Shown here in pieces: positions 25,418-38,699 of a stretch of 64,000 nt of DNA. Every line of letters begins with the position of its first letter. Positions within the stretch are counted from its first letter, which is position 1. Source of the DNA: Vitrella brassicaformis CCMP3155 (taxonomy: Eukaryota > Protista > Chromerida). A program made the translations under genes and the position numbers. The DNA is taken from NCBI GenBank assembly GCA_001179505.1, contig CDMY01000471.1, forward strand, positions 1 through 64,000. Direction: 5' to 3'. Below the pieces are notes generated by a model. It saw nothing but the letters and a program-made list of their open reading frames with translations, was not told the DNA's origin and made no database searches.

Positions 25418-27224
25418 AATCGTGATCAACCGTGATCTTGCCCATGCACTCACTCACCCGAATGGCGTGTTCCATGGGCGAGATGCAACTCAGCGAATAG
25501 GGGTTGGGGCTGCCACCTGACACACACACATACACACATACACACATACACACATACACACAGACACACACACACGAAGAGGCATCCAACGATGTCTTCT
25601 GAAACACGAACTCTCCCTCCCTCCCTCCCTCCCACCGCCCCATCCATCCACCGTCGTACGTACCTCCCATGAGCAGCGTGGTGCAGATGTCGAGTTGGTT
25701 GGTCTCACAGGCGACGCTCATGGGCGAGCGGCCGAGGAAGTCCCAGATGTCGAGCTTGGCGCCTGCCGAGAGGAGGAGCTTGACCATGGGGCCGTCTCGG
25801 TTCTCGATGGCGACGGTGAGGGGGTAGGCCCAGCTGTCGCACTCGCCGTAGTGGCAGCTGCAGGGGCTGTTGACCAACACGTTGCCACCCTGACACACGG
25901 AGGGATCATGAGATGGGGGACACATGGCTAGATGGATGGCTAGATGGATTTTGTGTCGACGCACCTACCTTGTGTTTCATCAGGTGCAGGAGGTAATACT
26001 TCTTGAACTCGGTGTCCTCGGCAACCTCCTCCCACTTAACACAACAACACAGCGACACAACGCAGCGGCATGTGTATGTCTCTCTGTCTGTGTCACAGTC
26101 ACACACGAACGACGCACCTTCTGCTCAAACGCTTGTATGGCCCTCTCCGCCTCCCGGAGGTCCTTCCTGTGCACGGCCGCCTCGAAGGCCGCCCTGTGTG
26201 GCTCCAGCCTCACCTTGTCGATGAGGCTCTTCATCGCCCACGTGCCGCACATGCCGATACGCGGGTGCACCTTCAACGCTCGACTCCGCTCTATGATGAA
26301 ATGCGCTACCTGCACACACACACAGGGAGGGAGGGATGTCTTAAGAGGCGCCCTCTGCTGTCTGTGCTCCCCCACCCTCCCCCCCACCCGGCTTGCTTAC
26401 CCTTTCCACCGCCCCGAGAGACAGTCGCGTGAATGCTCCCGAGAACTGGTGGAATGCCGGCCACCTGTCCTTGGTGAGCTGCTCCAGGATGGGGGCGCCC
26501 GTGAGGTCCTTGGAGCGGCAGCACTTCATCGAGAGGTGCTCGAGTCGGGGCATGTGTGTGGTCAGCATGGTCTCCAGCCCCTTGTCGGTCAAAAAATGGC
26601 AGAAGTCGAACGCCAGCATGCGGACGTTGGTGGCGACGGTGCGCTGGGGGGTCTTGAGGGGCAGCGTCAAAATGAGCGCGATGGACGGATCCTTGAGCTG
26701 GTTGAGCTTCGACAGGTTCAGCAGAGACTGGGCGGTCTCGTCAGTGACCGACAGCACCAGCGGCAGCACCTCGGTCGTCACAAAAGCGGGGTCATAGCCC
26801 TGGAAACCTGCACACCAATCAGTCAGTCACAATGAATGAAATGACGGCATCCTCTCCCTCTCTCCCTCTCTCCCACTGTCCCTCTCTCCCGTCAGTACCC
26901 ACCGGAGAAGTTGAGCTGCCTGACGGTCCATGTCTTGTGGTAGAGCCGTCTGCAGCACATGCGCACCGTCAGCAGCGACCGCACGTCATAGAACTGGGCG
27001 CACAGCCGCAGCAGCACCAGCGTCCACGTCATCGTCTCCTCCCGCCCAGACGAAGCCTGCGACCCCTCCCCCTCCTCCGAATCGTTGAAAGTGCCCCTGT
27101 CGCGCTTGTTGGCCTCCGAGTCGCTGTCCGTCAGGGCGTTGCTCTGGTTGGCATGTATCTGGCTCACACTCGGCACCGGGTGGAGCCGATTGGTGAAGTG
27201 GGTCGATATCGACGTTTCCGACAT
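22352..27224 (-). CDS. F-box-like / LRR / ankyrin-repeat protein
   Basis: FYDVRSLLTVRMCCRRLY (F-box-like). LAFDFCHFLTDKGL and LEHLSMKCCRSKDLTG (FBXL-type LRR). Many ankyrin motifs (GRSPMSVA, GRTALHIAC, ETPLISSI, GRTALMYSV, GNTPF; GADV/GADP). Low-complexity tail ends at 22352. Start uncertain. Confidence 0.75.
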
Positions 27225-27663
27225 GATGCTGTCGTGCTGCGGTATCTGTTGGGTACGTCTTGGGTAGACGGGATTGCGGGGTGGTGGGATGCCCTCTGTT
27301 GGCTCAGAGGTCGGGAGGGTCGTCCTCAGTCATTTCTCTCTGGGTCAGGAATCCGCCAACAACCGGTACGTACGGGCCGTGCTCCCCGGTCCGCCGGGGC
27401 AGTGTCGCGACAAAACCGCACAAAGACGTTATCACTGCCGTGATGCCTTCACACTCCAGGTGTGTGTGGCTACTCACTCACCTAGGCCGTCGCAAGTTCT
27501 TCAGCTCGCAAAAAAGCTCGCCATACTCTGTGGAGAAAAGGCCCTATCACAACACCCACCACGGGGGCAGCACCAGCCATGTGGGTGCCGTTTCGACGAA
27601 AAGATCTTCAGTGATCTCATTTCATTTCTGCCGGACATCTGTGTGAGGCGCACCAATCTCTCC

Positions 27664-30600
27664 ATGACCACCACGGCAGCGCCGAGGTAGAGGACGAGGC
27701 AGACGAGGGAGAAGGGGAGGGAGGGAGGCACAGGGCGGGCTGAAGGACGAGCGAGCCGAGATCTGTGCTGTGTGCATGTGTGTCGGTCGGTGCCTCCTTG
27801 TCTGCAGGAACGTCAAGGCCAAGAAGCGGAGGAAGGAGAGGGAAACGCCATGGTACAAGGTGGGTACGTCTGTGAGCCTCATGCATCAGCGACACACCCG
27901 AGACACACACTGGCGGGACACATGCGCATGCATTGCATGCAGGTGTTGGCGGGTGCGGTCATCTTGGTGGCTCTCGCTGTCGGCGTCTACTTCATGCCCA
28001 GCGACAAGGTCAGGGAGGGAGGGAGGGAGAAGGAGAGAGGGAGGGAGAGAGAGAGAGGGAGGCGGACACACCGGCGCCAGGACCGAGACAGCATTCTCTT
28101 CCATGTGTGTGTGGTGTGGTGTGGTGTGGGCATGCAGCACTTGGCTGTGCGTGAGCTGATCCGGACGTATGGGGGCTACATGTACACCACAGACACAACG
28201 CTCGACGGCAAACCGGTCAGTCAGTCACCCCACCCCACCCCACACATTCCGCCCGCTGACTCACTGTGTTGTGTGTGTGCGTTCATCAGAGTGTGGCGGC
28301 GTCGCGGTTCGTGCCGGCCAACACTGCGATAGCGTTTGTGCCGGTGGAGCTGGCGCTCAACTACAACCACACCGACGCCGCCGCACTGAGGCTGGAGCTG
28401 CACCAGGCTGTGCAGTTCAAACAAATCGGTGAGGCAGTGGGGGACAGTGGATGTCCTGGCGTGTGCTGTGTTGACGGGATGGGGGTCGTGTTGTGTTGTG
28501 TGTGTGTCCGTTCAGATCTGTGGAATGCAGCTGTGCTGTCGCTCATTGCTGAGAGGCGCAACACATCATCCTTCTGTAAGCGGCCGCAAGCGATGCCCAA
28601 CAGTCTCCTCTCCTCTGTGTGTGTGTGGAGGAGATACGGACACCAACCGCACGAATGGCGCTGTGCCTGTGTCTGCGGTGGGCTGGTGGTTGGTCAGACA
28701 AGGCGTGGCTGAACTCGCTGCCGAAGGAGTTCCCCTTCTCCTACTTGTTCACGAAGGAACAGAAGAAGGTGCTCAAAGGTACGTAACGTTTGCAAGACAG
28801 CCTAGCCTGCAGGTGACAGACAGCACACTCCTCGCGCCTGCGTCACGTCACCCCCACAATGCAGTGCGTTGATTGCAATCACTGCAGGCACCCCTGCAGA
28901 GCCCTTCTTCAGCATGCATGACCGATACATTGACCAAATCACCACGGTACGGTAGGCAGGCAGGCAGGCACCAACACCGGCAGACGCGACACGCCACGCC
29001 GCCCTGGTCGTGACACGCCACGCCTGTCTCTGTCTCGATATTATTTATGGTTGCAGGCGGGTCGCACGCTGGACTTCTTCGTCAATTACCCCGACCCAGA
29101 ATACGACTCAGGTCCCCCCCCCCCGTTCACTCAGACAGACAGGGCGGATGAGACCAGAGAGGCGGCCAGGCAGGTGGACATTCTTGCTTGATGTGTGCAG
29201 GGATATCGCTGGACGAGGCGGCGTGGGCCGTCGGTGCGGGCATACACATGATGTGGGGTACGTGACGTGTCTGCAGAGAGAGACACACTAGACCGCCAGC
29301 CATATGGAATGCAATGCAATGCTCGGTTGATTGGTTGGTATGTGTGTGGCGTGTCTGTGTCTGTGCAGGTGACTCGTTTGTGCCTGGTCCGCTGGATCAG
29401 ATGCGCTTCCACTGGGACCCCGACAAGTGCGTCGAGCCCATGATGAAACCACAGGCCTTCGGGGGCACACTCGGTAGGTAGACACACACACACACACAAC
29501 CAACGTGGCCTGGCCACACACATGTGGTTGCCTTGTCCATCCGTCCATCCATCCATCCATATGTGCAGGCTACGTGCTGGTCTCCCCGCGTGACATCAAC
29601 AAGGGCGAGCACGTAAGTGAGCAGCACGGCAACCATTTCATTTGTGTGTGCCTTCCTTGCCACACACACCTCTCTGTGTGTGGGTGCGGTGCAGTTGTTT
29701 CAGTTCAAGGGTCGTCTGTCGAGCGGCGAGTCTCTGGCGCTGCTGGGGTATGTCCTGCGGGACAACCCCCTCGTCATGACGAGCAGACTGGACCTGCCGC
29801 AGGACACCGTCACTGACAAGAAGACATGGGCCCAGATACTCACACAGGTAACAAGTCAGACAACCGATGAATGGCATGGAAGCGATGGATGTGTGGGTGG
29901 GTTGTGGGTGGTGTGTGTGGTGGTTTGCAGGTGTCCGAGTGCAAGCCCGATGACCTTCTGAAGATCCCCTTCCACGACGCCGAGCAGCTGGTGCCCGAGA
30001 AGAACCTCAAGTGCATCACACTGCTCATGCTCAACCACACACAACTCAGCGTAAGGTCACCCCAACCAGCCCCCAACCGACCCCCTCATCCATCCATCCA
30101 TCCACATGTATGTGTACAGGCGGATCACCAGGCGCGCGACGCCATCACGTTCTTCGACGTGTGGCCACGTGTGGCCGACCTGGCGCATCCCGACTGGCTG
30201 ACCACTGAGCGCGAGCTGTACGAGAGCATGCAGGAGAAGTGCAGGTACGGCCTCGCGGCCGTCCTGGACGTCAACCCAGGTGGGCTCATGGAGGGGAGGG
30301 GGAGGGAGAGCGAGGGAGGGAGGTCATGGTGTGGTGTGGTGTGTCTGTCGGTGTGTGGTGTGTGTGCAGATGTGGTGCAGACGCTTGAGAAGCAGACCGA
30401 CTCGATATCGCAAGACGCCGTGTTTGTCAGGTGGGTGAGAGGGTGGGTGGACTGACGTGACAGACGTGGGTACGTCTTCCTTCTGGTGCTCGTTGTGTTG
30501 TGCATTGCGTGCAGGCGCCAGCTGCTGTCAGTATTGGAGAGGTGTCAGGGCTTCTTCCAGACACGCATCGACATGCTGCCCAAGTGAGTGGAGGGAGGGA

Positions 30601-30758
30601 CCCCACAACACAGCCACACTTACCCACACACACCGCCACACACACCGCCCCGCTCTCTCTGATGCAGGCCCCGTGCAGTCCCTCCCAGCCCCTCTCCCGT
30701 TGCCGAGGCGCCTTCTGTTGTGGAGGAGTCTCGTGAGGGCCCCGCTGCTGTCTCATGA
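27664..30758 (+). CDS. SET-domain (Rubisco-LSMT/SETD3-like) protein with N-terminal TM anchor and degenerate motifs
   Basis: Many small GT-AG exons join: KKRRK, VLAGAVILVALAVGVYF (TM), FVPVELAL, YKAWLNSLP, WAVG...VPGPLDQMRFH, RDINKGEH|LFQFKGRLSSGESLALLGYVLRDNP; stop TGA 30756-30758. Confidence 0.6.
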
Positions 30759-33700
30759 CCATGGCTGGCTGTCTGTGCGGGCTGTGCGTGTGGGTTGCTG
30801 TGGCGTCTGTCTGTCTTGCTTTCGTGGCCTTTTTTCGTCTTTTTGGAGGGAGGGAGGGAGGGAGGGCTTTCCAAGGGTGGGAGGGGAGGGGCAGGGGGGG
30901 AGGGGAGGGAGGGGACTGTATAGCGTTTTCTGTGCGTGTCATGTGTTGTATTGTGTTGTTCACTGGTCGCTATGATTCCGATTGGAAGCGAAGGCAGCGA
31001 CGTTTAGTCTGGCTTTCTTACTCATTCGCTCACTGTCTACTGCATGCTGTACGTGCGCATGGATGGATGGATGGATGGCGATTTTTCTTTCCTTGTCGTG
31101 TGGTGTGGGGTAAGCATCTCTCTCTCTCTCTCTCTCTTGTGTTGTCATGAGGTCTGTACGGTCGAGGTCGATGGTTTGTCAGTCAGTCAGTCAGTCAGTC
31201 GTGTGGTGAGGCGTTCAAATCTCACCCTGTGGCAGCCCCATAAGAGTCCACCCGCAGCCCGAAGCAAGCACTGGACTGCTTCTACACACACACACACACA
31301 CACTCACACACCCACCTGGATGCTCACACATGCACACGTCCCCCCCTCTCTATGTGCCACCAGCACCGCACACAAGACGCCTTTCTGTCTCTTTTTCCAC
31401 AATGAAACGTGCGCTGTTTTCTCAGTCGCTGCCCCGTATACGTCACACACACACATCGTGCGCTGACCGGCTGAAGAGGTCGGTCAGCCATGTGTCGGGA
31501 TCTGACACACACACGCAGCATGTGTGCGCTTGATGCACACATGGCTTTTTCCAGACACCCCGCGCGCATCGGTGCGTGCGGACACACACATGGCGGCTCT
31601 CCGCTCAGCGGAGAGGGCAGCCAGTGCAAAGGACGGCGTGGCGCGGCGCGGCGCGGCAGCCGCTGCCGCTGCCTGTCGTTGGGAGGTGGCTCTCTTTCTG
31701 GCGCGATTGTTGTGTGCGCGGTATCTTGTCGTGTCGAGTGTCGCGTGGCGCCCTCTGGATGGCAGGCAGGCTCACAGACAGGCAGGCACAGAGGCTGCAC
31801 AGAGAGACCTGGGCGAGGGGTACTCTGCTGGTGCGAGCGAGGAGGTGCCGTGTCGTGTCGGGTGCGTCGGGCTTGACGTGCAGTGCAGTTCGTGCATGCC
31901 TGCATCGGAGAGAGAGGCGGCCAGAGGACGACGGACAGACGGACAGACCAGCAGCACAGGACAGCCAGAGGAATGGGAGGGCCATCTCGGCGGAGCCAGC
32001 CCCTGTGGAGAAAGGGAGCTGTGCCCACAGACCCACAGACCGGCCGACTGACTGACACGGGGCACGTGCTGAGTCAGGCCGGGTGGTGTCACTGAATGGC
32101 GCGGCGGGAGTCGGGGGTGGCTCCCGTCGCAGGCCAGGAAAGGTGTCTGGGTCAGACAGACAGACAGACAACAGACAGACAGACAGACGGGCAAGTCCCC
32201 CTCAGACACGTCGCCCCCAGTGGATGGGGGGGAGCCCGTCGTATCCCGCGCCGAGGAATCTGTCCTCGGCGCGCCGCGGTCGTGGCTGTGTCGGCTGTCG
32301 ACATGTGCCACGCCAGCAGTCCGCGCCAGCGTGTGCTGGTGCGGATCGGACACCGTCTCTCCCGAGGGTGGAGGGGCGGTGCTGGCCGTGGGGAGTCTTG
32401 TCCGGCTCCCCACGTGAGCATGGGGGCGCTGCTGAGCTGCGGGCGATATGTACCACTGTGGGACGGGACTCAGAGAGTGACGGGCGAGCGAGGTGGGCCT
32501 TTTGATGCAGCAGAGGCGTCATGGGATGGGGAGGGAGGGAGAAAAGACATGGCAGAGCCTCTGAGACAGTGCGCGGGTGGATCGGTGGATCGGTGGTCGC
32601 TCTGAGACACACCTGCGATTGCCGCACGGACGACACACAGGGAGGGTGCGTGAGGAGTGCCGGTCGGCTGCTTGTGGAGGGAGCCTTGCCTTGCTGTGGG
32701 GTCGCCGGCCGACCGACACGCACAAGTGAGGTCTCCGTCTCTCTCCGTCTTGTGGCTGGATGGCTGCACTGACTGACTGCACCGCTCCAAGTGTCTACCT
32801 GCACCTCTGTGGGTGAGAGATAGAGCGAGCCAGACCCCGCCGAGCTCAGCTCAGCTGCACATGTGTCTTCGTTGCCATGTCCTGCCTACCCTCCCCCATT
32901 GTGGCGGCTGTATGGGGTCCCCACTGTGACGTGTCACTCGTGTTGGGTCGTTTCCTGTGGTGATTCGGATCGGCAGATAAGCAGCGTCCCCATGCGGGCT
33001 TTGAGAGAGCGCCTGCACGCGGAGTGCAGCCGCTCGCTCGGCCCGGAACACACTCGCGTGGGCCGTAGGAACGCCTGCGCGACTCGTCAGGGCAGACCGA
33101 CTGAACGACTACTAAACTAAACATACCTCTCTCGTGAGTGGAACTGACTGACTGGTCCGAATGGAATGACAGACAGAGAGAGGCGCAGCTCAGCCCACCC
33201 TTTTTGCCGGTGTGGTGGCGTCTCGCGTGTGCGGTGGCTTCGTAGTGGTTCAGGGGCATGGTACTCCTCTGCTTTGCGCATGTGTTTCTTCCACCGTGCT
33301 TGCCTCCTGGGTTACGTTTCAGATGAGGCGCCGCTGCATGTGACGCGCACACCCACTTGGTGGCACTTATTCTTTCTCGTGCTGAGTTGCGACGGAAGAG
33401 AGACAGACAGGCAGGCGTACCACAGACAGGTGGCTGGAGGCGGGTGGCATGTGTGTGTGTGTGCATCTGAGTGTGTGTTGTGTTGTGTGAGAGAGAGGTG
33501 GGGTGTTTAAACGTGTCACGGCTATGCACACTACGCTATGCTGTGTCGCGAGGTGAAGCGGCAGCCTCATAATGGTCCATTCCGCCCGCTTTGGAGCACT
33601 GGACCGCCCCGACTGACTGACTGACTGACCAACTGACCGACCGATCCATCGACCGACCGATTGTATGACTGACAGACCGGAGAGAGAGAGAGAGAGAGAG

Positions 33701-34073
33701 AGACCCGCTTGTGTGCATGGACGGTATTTGTTAGCCCGAGGATCCATGCGCTGTGCCTGTGTGTTGACTCGATGCGATGCCTGTATAGCCTTTGTGAGTG
33801 AATTGTACACCTTACTTACACGAACATGCCCCTCGCTCTCGCCAAGCCCATTCACCTGTTAACAAATCCTCAGAGGCGTCTCGTCTCGTCTCACAATGCA
33901 CATCAGCTTATAAACCACGAAAAGACAAGCACTCAATACTTGCGCACCGCACGCACGAGCATGTCAGCCCAGCTAACATCAAAGAGAAGCCGGCGCCCCA
34001 GCGCCTACCCCTTTCTGTCTAACGCTACACCATCACTCTCCATCAATGACATCTTGCTCCAAGCCGAATTGTC

Positions 34074-35185
34074 TCAGCAGCCGGCGCCACGAAGGCGTCG
34101 ACGGGGAAACGCACATTCACCGATGAGGCACACACGACCACCAGCAGCAGGCACCTCGGCTGTGACCAAGTAGATGCTCCCAGCCATCACCGCCACAAAT
34201 GCGGCGACGGTGTCGTCAGGTCGGCAGCCGCTGACGAAGATGTGACGATATGGGGCCGGATTAGCGTCATTCAGGTTCCCTTTATCGAAGAGAAAGTCCA
34301 GTACGATTCCCTCACCCTCAGGCAGCTGATAAGGCACCACGTCGAAAGACCAACAGCCGCCAATCCGATAGAGTCCGGCGGCCGCCGGACCGGGGGCCAC
34401 GAACTCCCCCAGTCGCCGTGCCCACTTCACCAGCGCATATAGGATGCCGTTGTCGGCTTGATCGAACACCAGGCTCCCTCCAAAGCATCTCAGCTGATGC
34501 TCGATGGTCTTATAGATGGCCACTGTTAGCGACAGCTTGTGGAAGGCCGTCTTGCTGGGCAGATAAGCCACCGACAGCACCAGAGGCAGCCCAGTGGTGG
34601 TCAGCCGATAGGTCGCGGCCAGGCGGACAATCGTGCCCATCACCCGCCACTCGCTTCTGCCCTCCTCCAGCACGTAAACAGCACCGCACCAGGTAGCTAA
34701 GGGGGTTGACAGCGACTCTCGGCCTGTCATCCACTGTGTGGCGCGTGCCGTGAGTCACCTGGCGCAGGCAACACTGGCACCGACAAGGACTTCAGGCCGA
34801 CAGACATCATCATCAGCAACAGAAGGTGCCGGTGAGTGTGTGGCAGCCGAGGGAGGCGTCGATGCGTTCTGTAAGGACAGCAGCGGTCACCACAGAGCTG
34901 CCCACGGCGCGACAGCTGGTCGGTCCGCAGAGCCACCAAGTCGGTCAGTGCCAGCCGAGGCAATACACCTCCACGCCACACCTCGGACAGCCAGTGAGTG
35001 CGCCATCGACACCGACAATACGTCAGATCTGAGCCAAACAAGCGACAAACACCATAGAAAGCATCCGAGGTTTCTTCCCTTCTCATCTGTGCCGCCGTCT
35101 TACCCTTGCCGGCGTCGGTAATCTCCTCACTACCTCCAACCTTTGATCTCGCCTCTTTCTGCGCCATTTTTCGGCGTTTCTCCAC
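34074..35185 (-). pseudogene. Divergent F-box-like family member, copy E, multiply frameshifted
   Basis: Family motifs fall in different frames: LSEVWRGGVLPRLALTDLVALR / SCRAVGSSVVTAAVLTERIDASLGCHTLTG / YVLEEG...IVRLAATYRLTTTGLPLVL...SGCRPDDTVAAF. Shifts near 34921 and 34680. Confidence 0.65.
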
Positions 35186-35531
35186 AGAGGTGAGTGTGTG
35201 GGCGTCTGAAGGAGCATCTCAGCTGACGAAATCGGAAAACGAATTTGCCAGATTCGCAGCCGGCGCCGATTCGATCCTCAGTCGATCGGGAGGGAAGGAG
35301 GCACAAAGGGAAGGAAAGAGGCCTTTCTGGGGCGTGTAGCAACGACCAAGAGGGTGCTAGCATGACCACCGACTCGCTCCTGCGATTCCGTCGGTGACAA
35401 TCACACGTTCTGCGTCGACGGGCGTGTCGAAGGGCAGCGTTTGGGTGAGGCGGATGAGCAGTGAAGCAGTGGATACATTCGTCGGCATACTTTGTTCGTC
35501 TGTTTCTGCAGGTACACGAGCACGCGCCGCC

Positions 35532-36671
35532 ATGGGTGACCAGTCGGCAGCTGACGTAGCAGCTTTGATCAGAGAGCATGGACCCACGGAGGAGCGCATC
35601 ACCGCCTTCCTTCGCGCGCCAGGCACATCGGCAGACAAGATCCGCCTGCTGGCGCAGCTGATAGATCAAGACGCCTCACTCCTGACGACGCCCCAGCTGC
35701 TGCAGTGTTTCTGCCAGCGGCCGCAGCTGGACATCATCGTCTTCCTGCTGCAGCGCGGCGCTCACGTGACCCTGAATACTCACTTTGGCGAAGGGTCCCC
35801 CTTGGCCAGGGCGGTCAACAATGGCGCCACGTCCGATACGCTGCGCGCGATGCTCACCTGGGGCGCCATGCCGCCCCATTCTCCGCCCCATTCTCCGGGG
35901 GTGCGGGCGAACGCTGAGCTGCGGTAAGCCCCGACTAGATAAAGGAAAGAAACCCGATAGGAGAGTCTGCCAGCCATCGGCCCCTTTGTGTTTGGTTGCT
36001 TGCTTCAGGTACGCGTACGCCATGTATATTCGAGTAGATCTTGAGCAGGTCATGACGTCGGTCATCCACAGCGCCTTCGAGTCCGTGGCCGCCGCCGCCC
36101 GGCTGCTGGAGGGCCTCGCCAGCCCCACACACCCCTCCCCCGGCGCCCCCCAGCCCCTCCAGTCCCCATCAGCGACACCCTCTACGCCCACATGATCGCA
36201 TCATTCCTCACGGACCTGACGGCCATCGAAATCCATCTCCCCTTCCGCCCCACCAGCACTACCTTGACGCTCCACATCCACCAGGCGCTCGTCCATGCGG
36301 TGCGCTCGGCAGCGTCCACGTGCCATGGGAGTGCCGCACTCGCCGCAGCTGAGCAGCAGCTGCCAGAGATGCGCTGTTTTGCGCTGAAGGGGCTGCATGG
36401 CCGCAGACTGTGTCTGCGTGAGGTGGTGCGTCAGGCGTGTGTCGAGGAGCTGGACAAGTGGCAGCTGTCGACAGAAGGGGTGCCGCTGCTGTGTAAGCCC
36501 TTCGACTGGCAGCAGCTGGGAGGGGTGGAGGGACTGGCGACAGGGGGAGAGCGGTATGTGCGTCTGCTGGAAGCTGGGATGTATCTGGGCAAGTATCGCA
36601 AGTTTGTAGGCCGTAGGAGGCCGCAGAGAGCGATTGCTAACATCTTGCCCTCTGCCGGGCAGGGACGCTGA
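35532..36671 (+). pseudogene. Ankyrin-like repeat protein, apparently frameshifted
   Basis: IIVFLLQRGAHV...GSPLARAV...MLTWGA. Intron 35924-36008 keeps the frame. That frame stops at 36195, while coding-like sequence (ISDTLYAHMIASFL...) continues in another frame to 36671. Confidence 0.5.
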
Positions 36672-37464
36672 GTAGTTAGGTTTCACCCTCGGCGACCCGT
36701 GTGTGGGGATTGTCTAGAGGTACTTCCAACACCGTATCGTATTGATGTGATATAGCTATCGACAAACCGACCTTTTGTTCGCGCGGTTGGCTGACATGGA
36801 TTCAATGGTGGCTGACGCGAGTTATCCGTCAATGTGTGTATCACTCGCGTCGATGGGCCTCGCCGCGAACGCGGCTCGATGAACGGTTACGAGGGGGGAG
36901 GGGCCCCCGAGTAATGGGAGGCGATCGGGAAGGGACACCAGGCAAAATGTCGCACCAAAGTCGATTATCCACACTAAACCAGTGATCGCGATTGGCCACG
37001 GGCTGAAATCTAGGGTAGCTCGTGAAAGGGAAGATGCAAGATCCACAACGATTTGACTGTATTTTGCAAGGATACGGGAAGAGCGGATGAAGAGGACTCA
37101 GTCATTAGCGGTAGGACTTGTCCAGAAGCCGAGAATCGACTGTTTTTGATGGGTGATTGCAGTGAAGGCACATCGTGTGAAGTCAGATGTTCGTGTGGAC
37201 CATGCAATGTCGCCCCCTCCCCCTTGAACGGGGGAGGGGGCTTCAAAAGACAAGCTTCAATGGGTCAATGTTGATAGGTAGGAGACAATATGGCAGTCGC
37301 ACGCTGGTGCAAATTGCAGTTGGAAACCCGTCTGAAGACTCGTTGTGCTGGGGGGAGGGGAAGACAGACGAAGTGGGGCCTTTTACGCGCGAGTACATGC
37401 CAGAAAGCATGAATTCACCTCATGCTTACTCCTCGATCCTCGTCATTGGCCGGCATCTATGGAC

Positions 37465-37764
37465 NNNNNNNNNNNNNNNNNNNNNNNNNNNNNNNNNNNN
37501 NNNNNNNNNNNNNNNNNNNNNNNNNNNNNNNNNNNNNNNNNNNNNNNNNNNNNNNNNNNNNNNNNNNNNNNNNNNNNNNNNNNNNNNNNNNNNNNNNNNN
37601 NNNNNNNNNNNNNNNNNNNNNNNNNNNNNNNNNNNNNNNNNNNNNNNNNNNNNNNNNNNNNNNNNNNNNNNNNNNNNNNNNNNNNNNNNNNNNNNNNNNN
37701 NNNNNNNNNNNNNNNNNNNNNNNNNNNNNNNNNNNNNNNNNNNNNNNNNNNNNNNNNNNNNNNN
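37465..37764. other. Assembly gap (300 N)
   Basis: Run of N followed by poly-C. Confidence 0.95.
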
Positions 37765-38329
37765 CCCCCCCCCCCCCCCCCTTCAACACACACACACACA
37801 CACATGGCGTGCTGCCGAACCCAATATACACACGCCCTCTTGCTCACCTTCACGCCCACACCAGCAGCCGCACACAAACACACCGCCCGCCGCACCAAGA
37901 GACATCCGCCAACCACATCACTGGCGGGCTGCACTGCACTCGAGGGACACCGTCAGTCAGAAAGGGCGCGCTCTCTTGCCATTTCTGTTGATGCTGGGCC
38001 GCTTCCAGCGGCCGGTGCTGCTGGATTGACTGATTCGACTGCGTGTGGTCCAATGTGTGGAGAATGAATGATGATACAGAAGAAACACTCATTCGAATGA
38101 CGCATTGCTGCAATGAATGCCATGGCCATGGCGATGAAGTTAAGTTGATAAGGGTGAGAAGAGAAGAGAAGAGAAGAGAAGAGAAGAGAGGGGATGGATG
38201 GATTGATTGATTCAATCTACTCTATATATCTATATCCATCATCTTGGCCGTGGTCGATCAATATACTACAGGGCATGGATCCTCACATATACACAAGTCA
38301 GTCACGTGTCGACACACGACCCATCCGCC

Positions 38330-38630
38330 AGAGGCGGCCGAGATGCTGCTCTTGAGGGTGGACCAGTGAGAGGCAACAGACGGCACCTGAGGCTATCGAC
38401 ACAGACAGAGAGGAATGAGTCATGGCTGCGGTGGTGATGGGATAACCTCTCTGACCTTGGGCGCGACATTGGCGAGGAACAAGCCCTTAATGGTGGTCAC
38501 ATCACACCCCACCTGACCCCAGCCCAAGGCCCAGCTGTGTGTCGTCATGGTCGTATCTCTCACTTGTGTCAGCATTGTCAGCAGCGTCAGCAGCGTCCCT
38601 TCACCTCTTCAAAACTAGCTAAGCTACCCC
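38330..38630 (-). pseudogene. Truncated 5' relic (D') of F-box-like copy D
   Basis: Matches 39949-40265 (two exon pieces with introns) but has in-frame TGA codons and lacks the long final exon. Confidence 0.7.
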
Positions 38631-38699
38631 GCGACATCGCCCTCCCCCATGGCTCTGGGCGACATCGCCCTCCCCCATGGCTCACCTGTCGTAGCTCGA

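Noticed and set aside
30800-34050. Dense overlapping ORFs up to 244 aa
   Set aside because: GC-rich low-complexity DNA open in several frames at once, with no domain motifs. A hidden gene cannot be excluded without RNA-seq.
37187-38067. Long ORFs spanning N runs (also near 14314, 19857 and 45531)
   Set aside because: Artefacts of translating N as X.
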